DNA from: Pecten maximus
Taxonomy: Eukaryota
DNA: 64,000 nucleotides
Assembly: GCF_902652985.1 (NCBI RefSeq)
Contig: NC_047032.1
Coordinates: 28,024,001 to 28,088,000, forward strand
Reading direction: 5' to 3'
The position numbers were made by a program, and so were the translations under genes. The notes under the pieces were generated by a model that saw nothing but the letters and a program-made list of their open reading frames with translations, was not told the DNA's origin and did no database searches. Position 1 is the first letter of the stretch, and the number at the start of each line of letters is the position of its first letter. Positions 11,298 through 22,811 of the stretch are shown here, piece after piece.

Positions 11298-12048
11298 TTA
11301 GCTAGTGAGTTGGATGCATGGCATCTTCACACTAGGTTAACATTGAACAATAATGGTTTGATTTGCCTGCCTCCCATTTTACATAACTTCATACAAACTA
11401 TTTAATGTTAGTTGTGTTTATTACATTAGAACCATTCTATTGTTGGCGTCATTTAACACGCAGTGAAATTTATCATGAGCTGATTATGAGTGAAAAAGTG
11501 TATTAACTAGCTAGACTGCAAAGTGGAAATAAGGGTCTTGGGGTGATGCACCTCTGCTCCTTTTTTCATTATTTTATACACGGGGTATTACTGTGGTCAG
11601 TATACACCAGAAAGTTACATTTGGTTCAGTGCGGTTCTTCCTTAACATTTCCATGATATTCGTTGGACTTATCGTGTATACGTACAATCATATGGGCATG
11701 GGGTGATGCACTTCTGCCCTTAGGAGCCAATGGACGTATTTGGAATAACCGCATATAGTAAGCTTACTAGTGACACTTCAGTGTAAGCAATGATATTTGG
11801 GATGGCTTATGCCATTCATACGAAACTGTTCAGTTCATGAGACACAATTTTGAACAATGTGCATTTCTTAAAGGGAATTTGGGATGCTTCAGCTCTGCCC
11901 TTCTCATGTAGTTAAAGTTATATATGTATGTAAATAATTGTATTACAAAGTTATTCCTGTGTTAATCAGTTTTCAGTCAGACTGCTTCGGGTGGGGATGC
12001 ATTTGTAATGTCACTGACCCATGGGTCACTGACATGACACTGCATGGT

Positions 12049-12516
12049 GGCTGATTTTCCCCCTCACCTACAATAGTCATATATAGAAAGTTATCCTGAT
12101 TAGGATAAACCGTGTTATGTAATGTTAATTTTCATTACATAAGGTTATGTAATTAAATATTTCATGTCGTTTTAATAAACGGCCATTTCAATCTATCAAA
12201 GTGTTTCTGTTCTTTGTGACTATTGGACAAGCTTGCAGTTTGACTGAAAGCGCAGTGTGGTAAAACAAGCAGCTGAGCATAAATAAACAATTAAATATTA
12301 ATATTTAATTGCATTTATGTTAAGTGCTTGTGATTGTTGTATATTATGTATATTAACCTTATATGGTAATTTGACATCACATGACCAGAGTAAGACTGCG
12401 CAGTCAGGCATCACGTGATCATTGCGAGACTGCGCAGTACAGCTTTTGAGACGTCACTTTAGCGTCAGCCAGAAAAGGGAGTCAAAGGCCAAAGGTAAAT
12501 GTGTTTTATTTGCATT
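12049..12516 (+). repeat. Split direct repeats B1 (12049-12275) plus A2 (12276-12516); internal copy of the circle junction
   Basis: B1 matches 13033-13259 and A2 matches 5911-6151. The junction reads CAGCTG-AGCATAAAT-AAAC. Confidence 0.95.
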
Positions 12517-13032
12517 CCCACCTCCTACCCCATCACCGCTATGGTTGTTTGGCCTTTGCATTCTCTTTTCTTACAGTTGACAATTTACTTTTAGAAATCC
12601 TGTAAGACGTGTTCATTTTATTTACTTGTTGAGAAATCTTTGTAAGATTTCAATCATCGATTCTTTTTTACTGTTGCGAAATCTTTGTAGATTTCATTCA
12701 TGTATATATTGTAGAATTATGAGGATATCTGTTTCATTTGGTTAGGCAATCTTGGTAGGATTTTGTTCATTTTAAGATTGTTTTTCAAACTTATGTTTAA
12801 TTTTAATGTTTTTCTATATTGCATTTACTGCTTTATTCAATTTAGTATGTACATGTCCATACACACCTCAAGTGGTATTCGGTTATAATTGAGTGAGTAA
12901 ACACTTACCAGCTGGCCTAGAGCACGGATAAATCCTACCTCCCTCTTCCCTAGAAAGGGGAGAGGTTGGGGCAGCCCGCTCGCAGCACACTTGAGGTGTT
13001 ACATGTTACGTTTTGTACAATTTTTAGGTTTG

Positions 13033-13268
13033 GGCTGATTTTCCCCCTCACCTACAATAGTCATATATAGAAAGTTATCCTGATTAGGATAAACCGTGTT
13101 ATGTAATGTTAATTTTCATTACATAAGGTTATGTAATTAAATATTTCATGTCGTTTTAATAAACGGCCATTTCAATCTATCAAAGTGTTTCTGTTCTTTG
13201 TGACTATTGGACAAGCTTGCAGTTTGACTGAAAGCGCAGTGTGGTAAAACAAGCAGCTGAGCATAAAT
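13033..13268 (+). repeat. Split direct repeat B2 plus 9-bp core AGCATAAAT
   Basis: Identical by eye to 12049-12284. Confidence 0.95.
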
Positions 13269-13684
13269 GATGTATAATTCCATGGAAGAAAGTCTTAGAC
13301 GGGAATATGTTTTTCTTGAATATCGGCACAGCTTACAAGAATTATGTATATAACTTCCACGGAAGAAAGCCGTAGACGGGAAAATGTCTGCAAAAACACA
13401 CTTTGTTGGTTCCGCAGTAAATACATTTGTATCAAATGTATCATAAATCTTGAAAGTGTAAAAATCAAATTATTGACACGTGTAAATGGTTTAATGTAAT
13501 AAGAAGATTAGACTTTAATTTGGAAGACTACAAACGCATCGGATGATTTCAAGAGTTTCTTTATTCCAAGCTTAAAAAGCATAGATTGCAAGAAACGAGG
13601 ATAAGATGTTTTAAGAAAAGACAAGTGTTCTATTGATGTATTCCGAATAAATAATCAAATTAATTGTAAAAAACAAATGGTGGA

Positions 13685-16600
13685 CTAGAAACATTTACAG
13701 AAATTGTCCAAACAATGCCATGCCTTGTCATCATCATGTGGGGCCCTCTTGTCGTCATGGGGTCCATGGTGGGGTCCGTGGTGTTCATGCCCACACACGC
13801 CCAAGTCATTTTCACAATCTGCCTTCATATTGCAAGCTGTTGGGTAATACCACAAACAAATCTTTTAGTGTTTTATTTCTTCTAAATCGGAGAAAGAAAA
13901 GCGTATCAAAAGTCATCTAGATAAAACGCCATTTCATGACCCATTAGCCTTAATTTCTGAAAGACTGCAGTATTTAGTTTAAAAATTAGAAAACATTGAT
14001 GATTTGAAGTTTCTGTGTAATAACCATGCTTCATTACGATATATGGTTTTGTATCGCGATATTTGAAAATGACCACTTAAAGGTAATTATATTCGTCAAC
14101 AATGTCCGCTGGTGCTAATAATCTCTATCTAGAGTAATGAAGATAGGGGTAAAGATATCACCTATTATTTGCGTGTGTAGCACTTTATGTAACTTAAGTC
14201 TATATTATGAGTTTCAAAAATTCACGTAACTGCTCTAATTTATAGCGCATTAAACGACAAATTAATACATATCTAAATGTATAATGGTAGTAAAGATATG
14301 GCAGGAATAATGCATTCAATATTTTATTATTTTATTGAATGTGAATTGTGGCGAGCAATTTTGTTATGAATTTAAGATACTGATTTAGCCTCTTTAACAG
14401 TGAATTTATTTTGAAGCTGTGTGTTTGTATAATCTTTTATCAATAATATCAATTTTAAAAATGATATGAACAGTTTCGAAAATTCTCCAGAAATCGACAC
14501 CATACGAATATCTTTCTTTGAAGAACATGCATAATGAACTTACGAACTCGTGGGTCAATGGCACATGTGCATTCATTATGCTCACAGATCATCATGGTGT
14601 GGTTGCCAGAACACTCTGTTAACACGCATGTAATACTAACGTCGTCATCCTCGTGGCAGCGCTCGCTCACTACGTACGCTGTTGAATAAAATAAATAGTA
14701 TTATTTGCAGTGTTATAGCAGCACATAAGATATTATGTTAATGGTAATGCGCACTTACATATAATTCACTGTCTGATACATAGTGGTGACACAACGAGTG
14801 ATTGTTGGATATGATATTTAACCTGGTTTAATTATTTTTTTTAAAGTTACATAGACATGAGTTTTAACGATAGTGAAATAAATACCCTTTCCAACAGCCA
14901 CGAGTCGTGTGACCTGTTTCTACCACAACTTCGAGTCTGCATTGGCGAGATTGTGACTTTGTTTGAATACACGTGTTGTATAATATGGCTGTTTTTTTTA
15001 ATACGCGCGTTTTTCTAACATGTATGTATGCAATTAAGGAGTAGTGATGTAAAAAGTTGAAAATTGATATTAAGAAATTTTAATTTAGCAAATAATGTAT
15101 CATATAATGATATTTTCTCTTCAAATATGATCAACTATATAACAAACTTTTGTATCAAGAAGTCTTTCAAAAAATGTCAGCAGTACTGTAGTGCATTGTA
15201 GCAGGCCGGGTTTTAAGTGTAAATACTGTACATATAGTTGTATGGTCGCCTTCTAGCTTCCGGCTAGGGGAGATTTCCCTTTAGCACGGTCGTTAGAGCG
15301 GCGGACCAGTAAGCCGAGGGTCGCGGGTTCGATCCCGGCTGGCTGCACACTACTACTCCTTGAACTTTTACAGCATAAATGAAACAATCACGGACTTTTT
15401 GAACGTATGTGTGTGTTGTTGTCGACGCATCGCTGTCACTGTCGGAGTTCAAGACCCTTTGTCTAGGATGTCTCTGGGAGACTGACTTGTGGTAATGTTT
15501 TATTGTAAATGTGCTGCCGTATATAGGACCTCTAGTAACTATATTGTAACGGAAATGCATTCTGTGCGACAGATATTGTTTCAATCGGTCGCTTTCCCCA
15601 AGAACATTTTGAAAGAAATCTCGACTTCATGCCACAAACAGTTTTTGAGTTTACCTGTGATGCAATAAAGCCATCAATATGATCAAAATCATCGTTTGCA
15701 ACAGGTGAACGAACAAAAACAATACCGCGACAGATTTAGATTTAATACCAGTTTGTACATCAAGTCACAACTTTGACACGACTGTTTGACGTCGAAGCGA
15801 TTTCTGATGACGTCAACAAAGGATCACGTGACACAAAGCACGCGAAGGAAAAGTAGTTCAAAATCACAAGCGATCGTAAGACCGGAAGGTCATATACCAC
15901 TAGATATATATCGATAGATTTAACCAGCAGGTGGCATATTTACACAGTGGTCCTATATTGGAATAACAATAGCATATTGTGGTTGAAAAACAAAAAGAAA
16001 TCTGAGTCTAAGTGAAACAGACCTTTAGATAACTCAAAAAGTCAAAACTTCTTGAAGCTTCACTTTTTTCAATTAAATCAATTAAATTTCTATAAAAAAA
16101 AAAACAACAACATATTCCTCTAGTTAGGGAAATGAAAATGTTATCTTTGTCATTGGAATATGTCTTCATGAATTAAAATTATCTCAAGCTGAATGTATTT
16201 ATAGTTTTTCATGTCCTAAAATATCCAAAGGCGCCACATCAAGTTACTTCGATAAAGCAATTGATAAAATTGCATAGATTCATCAAAGAACCGATATTGG
16301 CGTTAGCATATGGTGCAATCAATTCGAATAATTGACCGAAATATTTAAACTGGCAGCACTTCGTAGGAAAGAAAAGACCTTTATGATTGTTAACCCAGTT
16401 TTGTGTATCATACAGCACATATAAATCAAAATATTGAAACTATTGAGATAAGCGATTGTACAGACACAGATGCGAATAATACCTCCCGACCTGTATAAAA
16501 ATGCGGTACAACAAATATCAACTGCACCATACAGCAATTTTGTATCACTTATATTTCACGTCGAATTCATTTTCACGTTTATACCCTATGAGAATCAATC

Positions 16601-16996
16601 GCGAATTTAAATCCTTCGCGATGGTTTTTAAGAAAAACAAACATCTTTGGATAATGACAAGCTATCAGTTACCGATATAGATGATTGCAGCAGAGGCCAT
16701 AACAACCGTTAATTGTTCGCAAATTTAAAGTCACTTTTATATCAATGGTCATGTAATAATGTATCCGCAAATATGTCTAAAGAAATAATTGCTATCAATA
16801 CTTATTTTTTGCCAAGATAAATATCTATCCAAAATTATCATGATATGCTAGGGTGACATTGATAACTCAATAATTAATCTCGGCATAGCCAAACCAACTA
16901 CGTCGGTCACTTAGCATATTCTACAGTGGCTAAAATCTATTCTCAATATTTACCAAGAAATGCTGCTAGGCAGGCGGTGACGATGTAGAACCTCAT
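13685..16996 (-). CDS. Secreted 12-Cys serine protease inhibitor-like peptide (cvSI-2 / I84-like), paralog 2; 3 exons, 109 aa
   Basis: Exons 16996-16954, 14678-14544, 13836-13685, with the same phases as paralog 1. Protein: MRFYIVTACLAAFLAYVVSERCHEDDDVSITCVLTECSGNHTMMICEHNECTCAIDPRVPCNMKADCENDLGVCGHEHHGPHHGPHDDKRAPHDDDKAWHCLDNFCKCF*. Exon 2 appears within ORF 14455..14670. Confidence 0.85.
15266..15347 (+). mobile_element. tRNA-derived SINE head / tRNA-like remnant in intron 1 of paralog 2
   Basis: Box A-like TAGCACGGTCGTTAG and box B GGTTCGATCCC, but no proper acceptor stem. It is absent from the paralog 1 intron. Confidence 0.5.
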
Positions 16997-17043
16997 TGTA
17001 ATGCGTGAGAATGACGTAACAAGGACAGCAGAAGCAGACAACG

Positions 17044-17051
17044 TTTATATA
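17044..17051 (-). promoter_or_regulatory. TATA box of inhibitor paralog 2
   Basis: TATATAAA on the minus strand about 47 nt upstream of the ATG at 16996. Confidence 0.6.
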
Positions 17052-17684
17052 TCCCGGTCTTATCGTACATACCGACAGTTACTGATATGCTTTAGATCTA
17101 GCACAAGATAAATTTTGCAAAAAAAACATTAATATGTTACTGACTTAGTTCTAAGACACGGCAGTTTTTTCTCTCGCGAAAATGGTTGTTAGACTAATAA
17201 ACTACATGCTGAACAGCGATGGCCATCTTTTTGGTGAATATCAAACTGAATCAAAATATATATACATTTATGTTCGACCTGTAATATTTATAAATTATTG
17301 AAATACTTAATTAGAAGGCCTCTTAACTAGACTGCATTCAAATGTATAGAATGTTTATATATACTACAACGTAACACGATTAATATGAAGGATACAAAAT
17401 CGCGTTATTTGTAAATAAAGTCGTACATGCGACAAAGTTTCGTTAAGGTTATGTGCCCGACATTTTGGCCTCTGGTTTGAGCATATGTCCCCGTAAGGAA
17501 GGTCTAGTGTGCTGTCTCCATGCACGCCGTCACGTACCAAAGGCATCAAAGGGGTATTTAATGTATCACGCTCATTTAAAAACGAAATTGCCATAAATAT
17601 TTCATTAAACAAGTTTTCTGTCATTAGATGTATAGATAATGTTGTTTACCAGTCATGCGATCAGTATTTTCACTTTCGTACTAA

Positions 17685-17781
17685 TATTTTCAAATTTACC
17701 GGAAAACTGCAAAGAGAGAGATAATGTTACGTCACGTAACATTATCTCTCTCTTTGCAGTTTTCCGGTAAATTTGAAAATA
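17685..17781. repeat. Perfect 97-bp palindrome (48-bp arms, 1-nt spacer)
   Basis: TATTTTCAAATTTACCGGAAAACTGCAAAGAGAGAGATAATGTTACGT, then C, then the exact reverse complement. Confidence 0.95.
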
Positions 17782-18421
17782 AAACGCTCTGTACACCACT
17801 TGCATATCTTCTGTTTTTTCTTATTTTATAAGCATTATGTTATGTATAGAACTTAATGTGTAATTCTGCACCGAAGTATATATCAAAATAAAACATAAAG
17901 ACATGAGCACTTAGTTAGCCTCACTGTGGGAACTAGCTCTGACACAACACTAACGCCATTTACATAATCGGATTGATATGTTTTGATGTATATACAGACA
18001 ATATGTTGGCATGTGTATTGATAAGAATATATATACCTATACCTATATAAGAAATAACAATCCATTCGTCCCAGGAATATGGCAGAGAAATGTCCCTTAA
18101 TTACTTAATTTTGAACTATTGAGCAATGGATGTCTAGAATGAATTTATAAGCAGTTTTGAAACACCAAATATATGCATAAATACTTTTAATTACTTTTTC
18201 TTAGAAAGTCGTTACTGCCTAAATTCAATCAACTGCTTTAAGGTAAATTGCTGTATCACATGTTCTAAAAGAGCAGACTTTTGTCTGGGAAATCTGGTAG
18301 ATGCTTTGATTTTTTGGCGAAGAAGTGCTTTTTGGAAAATGGCTACATTTCAAAATTAAATTGAATATTGTCGTTGCTTATGTATTCTTGGTAAATGAGC
18401 ACTCTCATCCTCTGAGTGCCG

Positions 18422-18700
18422 AGGGAAGGTCATGCTTATTATGAAGGAAGGTCAGGGTATTATGAAGGTAGGTCATGGTATTATGAAGGTAGGTCATGGT
18501 ATTATGAAGGAAGGCCATGGTATAATGAAGGAAGGTCATGGTATTATGAAGGAAGGTCATGATATTATAAAGGAAGGTCATGGTATTATGAAGGTAGGTC
18601 ATGATATTATGAAGATAGGTCATGGTATTATGAAGGAAAGTCATGGTATTATGAAGGTAGGTCGTGGTATTATGAAGGAAGGTCATGGTATTATGAAGGT
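18422..18700. repeat. 21-bp minisatellite (GGTATTATGAAGGWAGGTCAT), about 13 copies
   Basis: Read directly. It explains ORFs 18405..18728 and 18432..18719. Confidence 0.95.
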
Positions 18701-19083
18701 ATGGCTTGAAAAAGGGTAAGACCAGCATGTTTTCTGGATTTTTCAGTTAAAGTAAAAAGATGACATGGGCGACTAAAATGATCTTTCCTAGCTTGAGAGA
18801 AGGAATAAAAAATGTATTGACTTTGTTAGTTTTGTTGTTAGGACAATAAGTGAAGATATCTCTCCTGAAGTGGAAATGGAGATCCTACTAATAAGTGAGT
18901 GTAGAACTATGGCTGTTTCCAGTTCTCCCCAAAACAACCACAAAACAACCACGTTATACGAATCATTCAAAGATCAGTCATTGTAAATGGTCGAGTTTGT
19001 AACACAGAGTTTATAGGAGACGAAAAGTGTAAAGCATCGAAGATGTGAAAAAGGAAATTTATCACACGGTGTACATGGGAATG

Positions 19084-19085
<2 letters not shown>

Positions 19086-19151
<66 letters not shown>
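19086..19151. repeat. (CT)n microsatellite
   Basis: Read directly from the sequence. Confidence 0.95.
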
Positions 19152-19153
<2 letters not shown>

Positions 19154-20580
19154 GCATAATTCACATTTCCTTCTGCTTGACCTCATGGGATTCTCTGGTT
19201 TATCTGGTTTTCTGCCACAGTAAGATTCCCCGCGCCCTTCCATCCAGGCCAACAAGATTGATAAATATAAGTTTGTATACCTTGTTTCGCAATCGTTATA
19301 AAATCAATAAACTTAACACTACATTTTCCCCTGCACTGTATCTCACATCCTTGTCTTTTATTTCATATCTCTACTTCTTCTTTCTTCTTCTTTGTTTTTT
19401 ACTCTTCGTTTCACTCCATCCTTTCTCATTCCCCATGTCGGTTTTCTTATTTGATATGCAAATTTTTGCTAACCCTCCAGAAAAGCTGTTCTTGTTCATC
19501 TTTATTTCAATGTTTCAACGCATATATATTTTGCTTATATTGTCCCCTTCTTTTATTTTTTTTCTTTATACTATTATATTATTGAAAGTTTGTCCAAATG
19601 CATGAAACAGATAGTAAAATATTATGTTCCAAACCTTTTTGCCCGTCTCTGTAAGTCGTTGGTGAATTACTAAACACAATACCAGTGTAATATCGTATTT
19701 GAAAAAGGAGATATCTTACAATAAACATTTACGTGCAAATCGTTAATTTAAACTAGAAACTAAAAGATTTTATATCACAGATACAGGTTTCTTTTGAATG
19801 TTGGCACAAGGGAGACACCTCTGTTTGTTGTTCAGCAGCAACCACATATCCGTGGTGTTTTTATCAAATACGGTAGTTCACCTCTTTTGAAAGAGTAAAG
19901 ATAGTGTTTATTCAATGCAGAATTTAAAAACTTCGACAATATAAGGTAAAAAGAATCCGAGCCAAAGATATTTGCAAGCGACATATATTTGACAAAATGC
20001 TTGACGAGACAATAAAAACAGTTATCGGTACTAAAAGTGTTATGATTGTTCGTTAATGTGTGGTGAAAAGGTAAATGAGGTTAGAGGAGATATGAATCTC
20101 GATTTACACACTTTACACACTTCGAGTGCTGGTGGAGTCATGGCGAATGGTTGAGAGATGTTGAAAACGGTGTTCACGAAGTGTCAAATCCTTTAGCGTC
20201 GGTTGCTGGTCAAAATTTAGATTTTTACGCCGTACTCCTAAACATTACTCTCAAACTTCCTTACAGATCTGTATTCTCAGATCATTGCATACATGAAAAA
20301 TATGACCAGGTGTTCCATCTAAATGTAGGTCAAATACATGTAATGTCACGATTTCAAGATAAGACGTCAGTACCAACATACAACTGCTATCTGTAATAAT
20401 AATCATACCAGATAGGTTAAACCAGGGTTTACTCCCACACAAACACGTCTGACTTATCACATAAGGAAACAGAATATTTACAAATCAGATCATAATGTCG
20501 ACTTTTCCTATTGTCTACATCAACCTGCATTTATCGAAACCAAGCGTTGTGTTTTAGTCAGTAGTCGATATCTGGCGCGG

Positions 20581-21600
20581 AAATCGTGACAATGGGAACC
20601 AGTCCTTTAATATTAAATCATCAGTAGCATGCAAATATGTAGAGGAAGCAGGGATGTTGCTGTCTAGAATTTAGGAAATTGTGACAATGGGAACCAGTCC
20701 TTTAATATTAAATCATCAGTAGCATGCAAATATGTAGAGGAAGCAGGGATGTTGCTGTCTAGAATTTAGGAAATTGAATTTATTACTTTTAGCATACAGC
20801 TTACATGTAGTTGTAAACTGTCCCTGTTGGTTATGTTGTAAGCAAACATTGAGGTAAACGGCTGGTGTTGAATAGTCTGGAGTAACCTTGGTTTGAACTT
20901 TTCAAGGTTTTGCTTTTTAAAGATAACATATCGTCAATATACCTATAGGTGAAATTAAATGGCTTTGCAAGATCTCGGTCACCTGTTCTGATAAGCTCTT
21001 CACTATAATCATGCCCTCGTACGAAAACAAATACAAGTCTATTTCCATGAGTATGTTGATTGTCTGTTGGAAGTTCTGGTCACCAAACTCAACAAATATG
21101 CAGTCAGTCAGAACCTCAATCGTTGTCACGATTTCATCTTCGGTGTAGTTTATATGAGGTATATTCGTATGTTTTGCGAAATAATCATGTCCCCGTATAG
21201 TCCTCCACATGTGCTTATACATATAATGACTTTTGCCTTTCTTGGATATGAAAGCTCTCATCACAAGAGAATGAATGCGTTCCTTTAATTTAATTTAAGG
21301 TAGTTTAAACAGTAGAAAAATCAAATGTTTTGATGGAAGAAATATTCTTTAGTGGCTTTTGATCAAGATTAGTCAAAAGACCTTAGAGTTGTTCAAAATC
21401 CAGATTTCATTAACTCCACTTCTGGAATAAAAGTATTCCTATAGGTCTACAGTCTCGACTTAATCGGAATACGACTAGCAGTAAGAAGCCTAGATAATGT
21501 TTAAGTTGAGTTCACTACTGAAGAATGATTGTAAATCGTTTCATATTTAGAAGCCCGGCAATGTGAAGGTAGGATTAAACTGGTTGTCCAGCAAGCCTTG
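20581..21600 (-). mobile_element. Degenerate Penelope-like (PLE) reverse transcriptase remnant with a 95-bp tandem duplication (20581-20776)
   Basis: Decayed motifs WILNNSK, SIKTFDFST, YTEDEIV...FVEFG..FQQTI...DLYLFSYE and a FPIV.FP...SNIP-like segment. Many frameshifts. Confidence 0.7.
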
Positions 21601-21815
21601 TTCTTTTTGTAAGCAGGACATTTAACAGTACATCACATCTTTGGACAAATGGACGAGGATTTCCCCTTAACGAAGTATTGCGTTTTTATTTACATTTACG
21701 ATACAGAATATTAGAGAAAATTGTTACTTATTGTTCACAGGCTTATTATTGTTGAATTTCTATGTTCGCGCTTAGACTATGCCGTGAATGGAACAAAACC
21801 ATTCAGTTCCGGTTA

Positions 21816-22811
21816 CTGTAAAAGTGGAAATGTTCGCGGCGTGGAAATTTTCGCTTATTTCGCGATCATTAAATCTCCGCAAAATATCCACACGCGAATA
21901 TAATAACACGTGAAAATATTGACACGCGAACATTTCCACCAAATAAACTAAATACACTAATATCCAAGCCGCAAGTTCCTGGTAGTAAACCATGTCGTCC
22001 ATGATGTGTAACGTTGTCATGGTCGGTCAATTGTCTGAGACATGGTTATACTAACTTGAGTAATTAGTAAAATGATTTCATTTAATTTAATGTTGATTGA
22101 TCATTTGGAACTTTCTTCATTTCATGATAATTACGATCGCTTTTACGTTACTGTACATATCAATCGCAAAGCTGGTCGGCCATTTTGTAGCTATAGGCCC
22201 CAAAACAGCACACGTTCACTCGACATGACCGGACGTCCGATCCTTTCAACTTGACCGCGAGCAGTGACGCCTTGCGTGGCCTGTCTACCTAGCTTGAGGG
22301 AGCAGGTTTACATGTGATCAAAATCAAATAATCAAGAGGTGTTCAGTCGCAATTAAATAATCAAAATACTTAATTAACACTGCATTCAACAGTACACGGA
22401 TGATTTCTTAATTTACCACACAGTACGAGTACTGATAACGCATGCTATTTATACATTTTCGGGGCCTAAAGTTGCAATCAGGTGTCTGGTACGTGGTGTA
22501 TTTTCAATGCAAAAAACTGAATCAACGCTAATACATCTGATATATATATATATATATATATTATCTGTCACACAGACGTAATGCAATGATCACACTTACA
22601 ATCAATTAACCTAAACGTGTCTATTGATCAAAGTTAGGCATATTCAATGGAGTTTGCCGAAAATAATCTTACCTTATATACATTGTCAATAACATTGCAG
22701 CGCGAAAATATCTTTTCATCATGACTGACAGCGCGAAAATATCCACGCCGCGAACAGTTTGGAGGCTGACTAAGCGAAAATTTCAACGCGCGAAAATATC
22801 CACTTTTACAG
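21816..22811. mobile_element. Non-autonomous DNA transposon (MITE) with about 38-bp imperfect TIRs and TA target duplication
   Basis: TA|CTGTAAAAGTGGAAATGTTCGCG ... CGCGAAAATATCCACTTTTACAG|TA. No transposase ORF. Confidence 0.85.

Larger units (their letters stand above)
5911..13268 (+). mobile_element. Full-length tyrosine-recombinase retrotransposon (DIRS order, Ngaro/PAT-type split direct repeats A1...B1-A2...B2); defective copy
   Basis: A1 5911-6151 matches A2 12276-12516 (one mismatch seen, at 6037). B1 12049-12275 matches B2 13033-13259. ORFs encode an SGNH hydrolase, gag, RT/RNase H and YR. The host minisatellite resumes after 13268. Confidence 0.95.
1520..17160. repeat. Tandem segmental duplication carrying the two inhibitor genes (about 1520-4571 and about 5683-17160; the second unit is interrupted by the YR retrotransposon)
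   Basis: Co-linear similarity in flanks and introns. Examples: TATCAACAATAT..TTCCAATGTATC..CTAAGACCCTTC near 1522 and 5684; AGACTACAAACGCAT near 2085 and 13525; TTAGTTCTAAGACACG ending at 4571 and 17160. Confidence 0.8.

Noticed and set aside
13720-13920. Plus-strand His-rich 66-aa ORF
   Set aside because: It is the antisense shadow of exon 3 of inhibitor paralog 2.
15266-15347. Functional tRNA gene
   Set aside because: A/B boxes are present but there is no complete cloverleaf or acceptor stem. Better explained as a SINE head.
18405-18728. His-rich 7-aa repeat ORFs on both strands
   Set aside because: 21-bp minisatellite with no gene context.
19045-19605. 186-aa hydrophobic ORF
   Set aside because: Made of a (CT)n microsatellite, a SINE-like remnant and T-rich low-complexity sequence.
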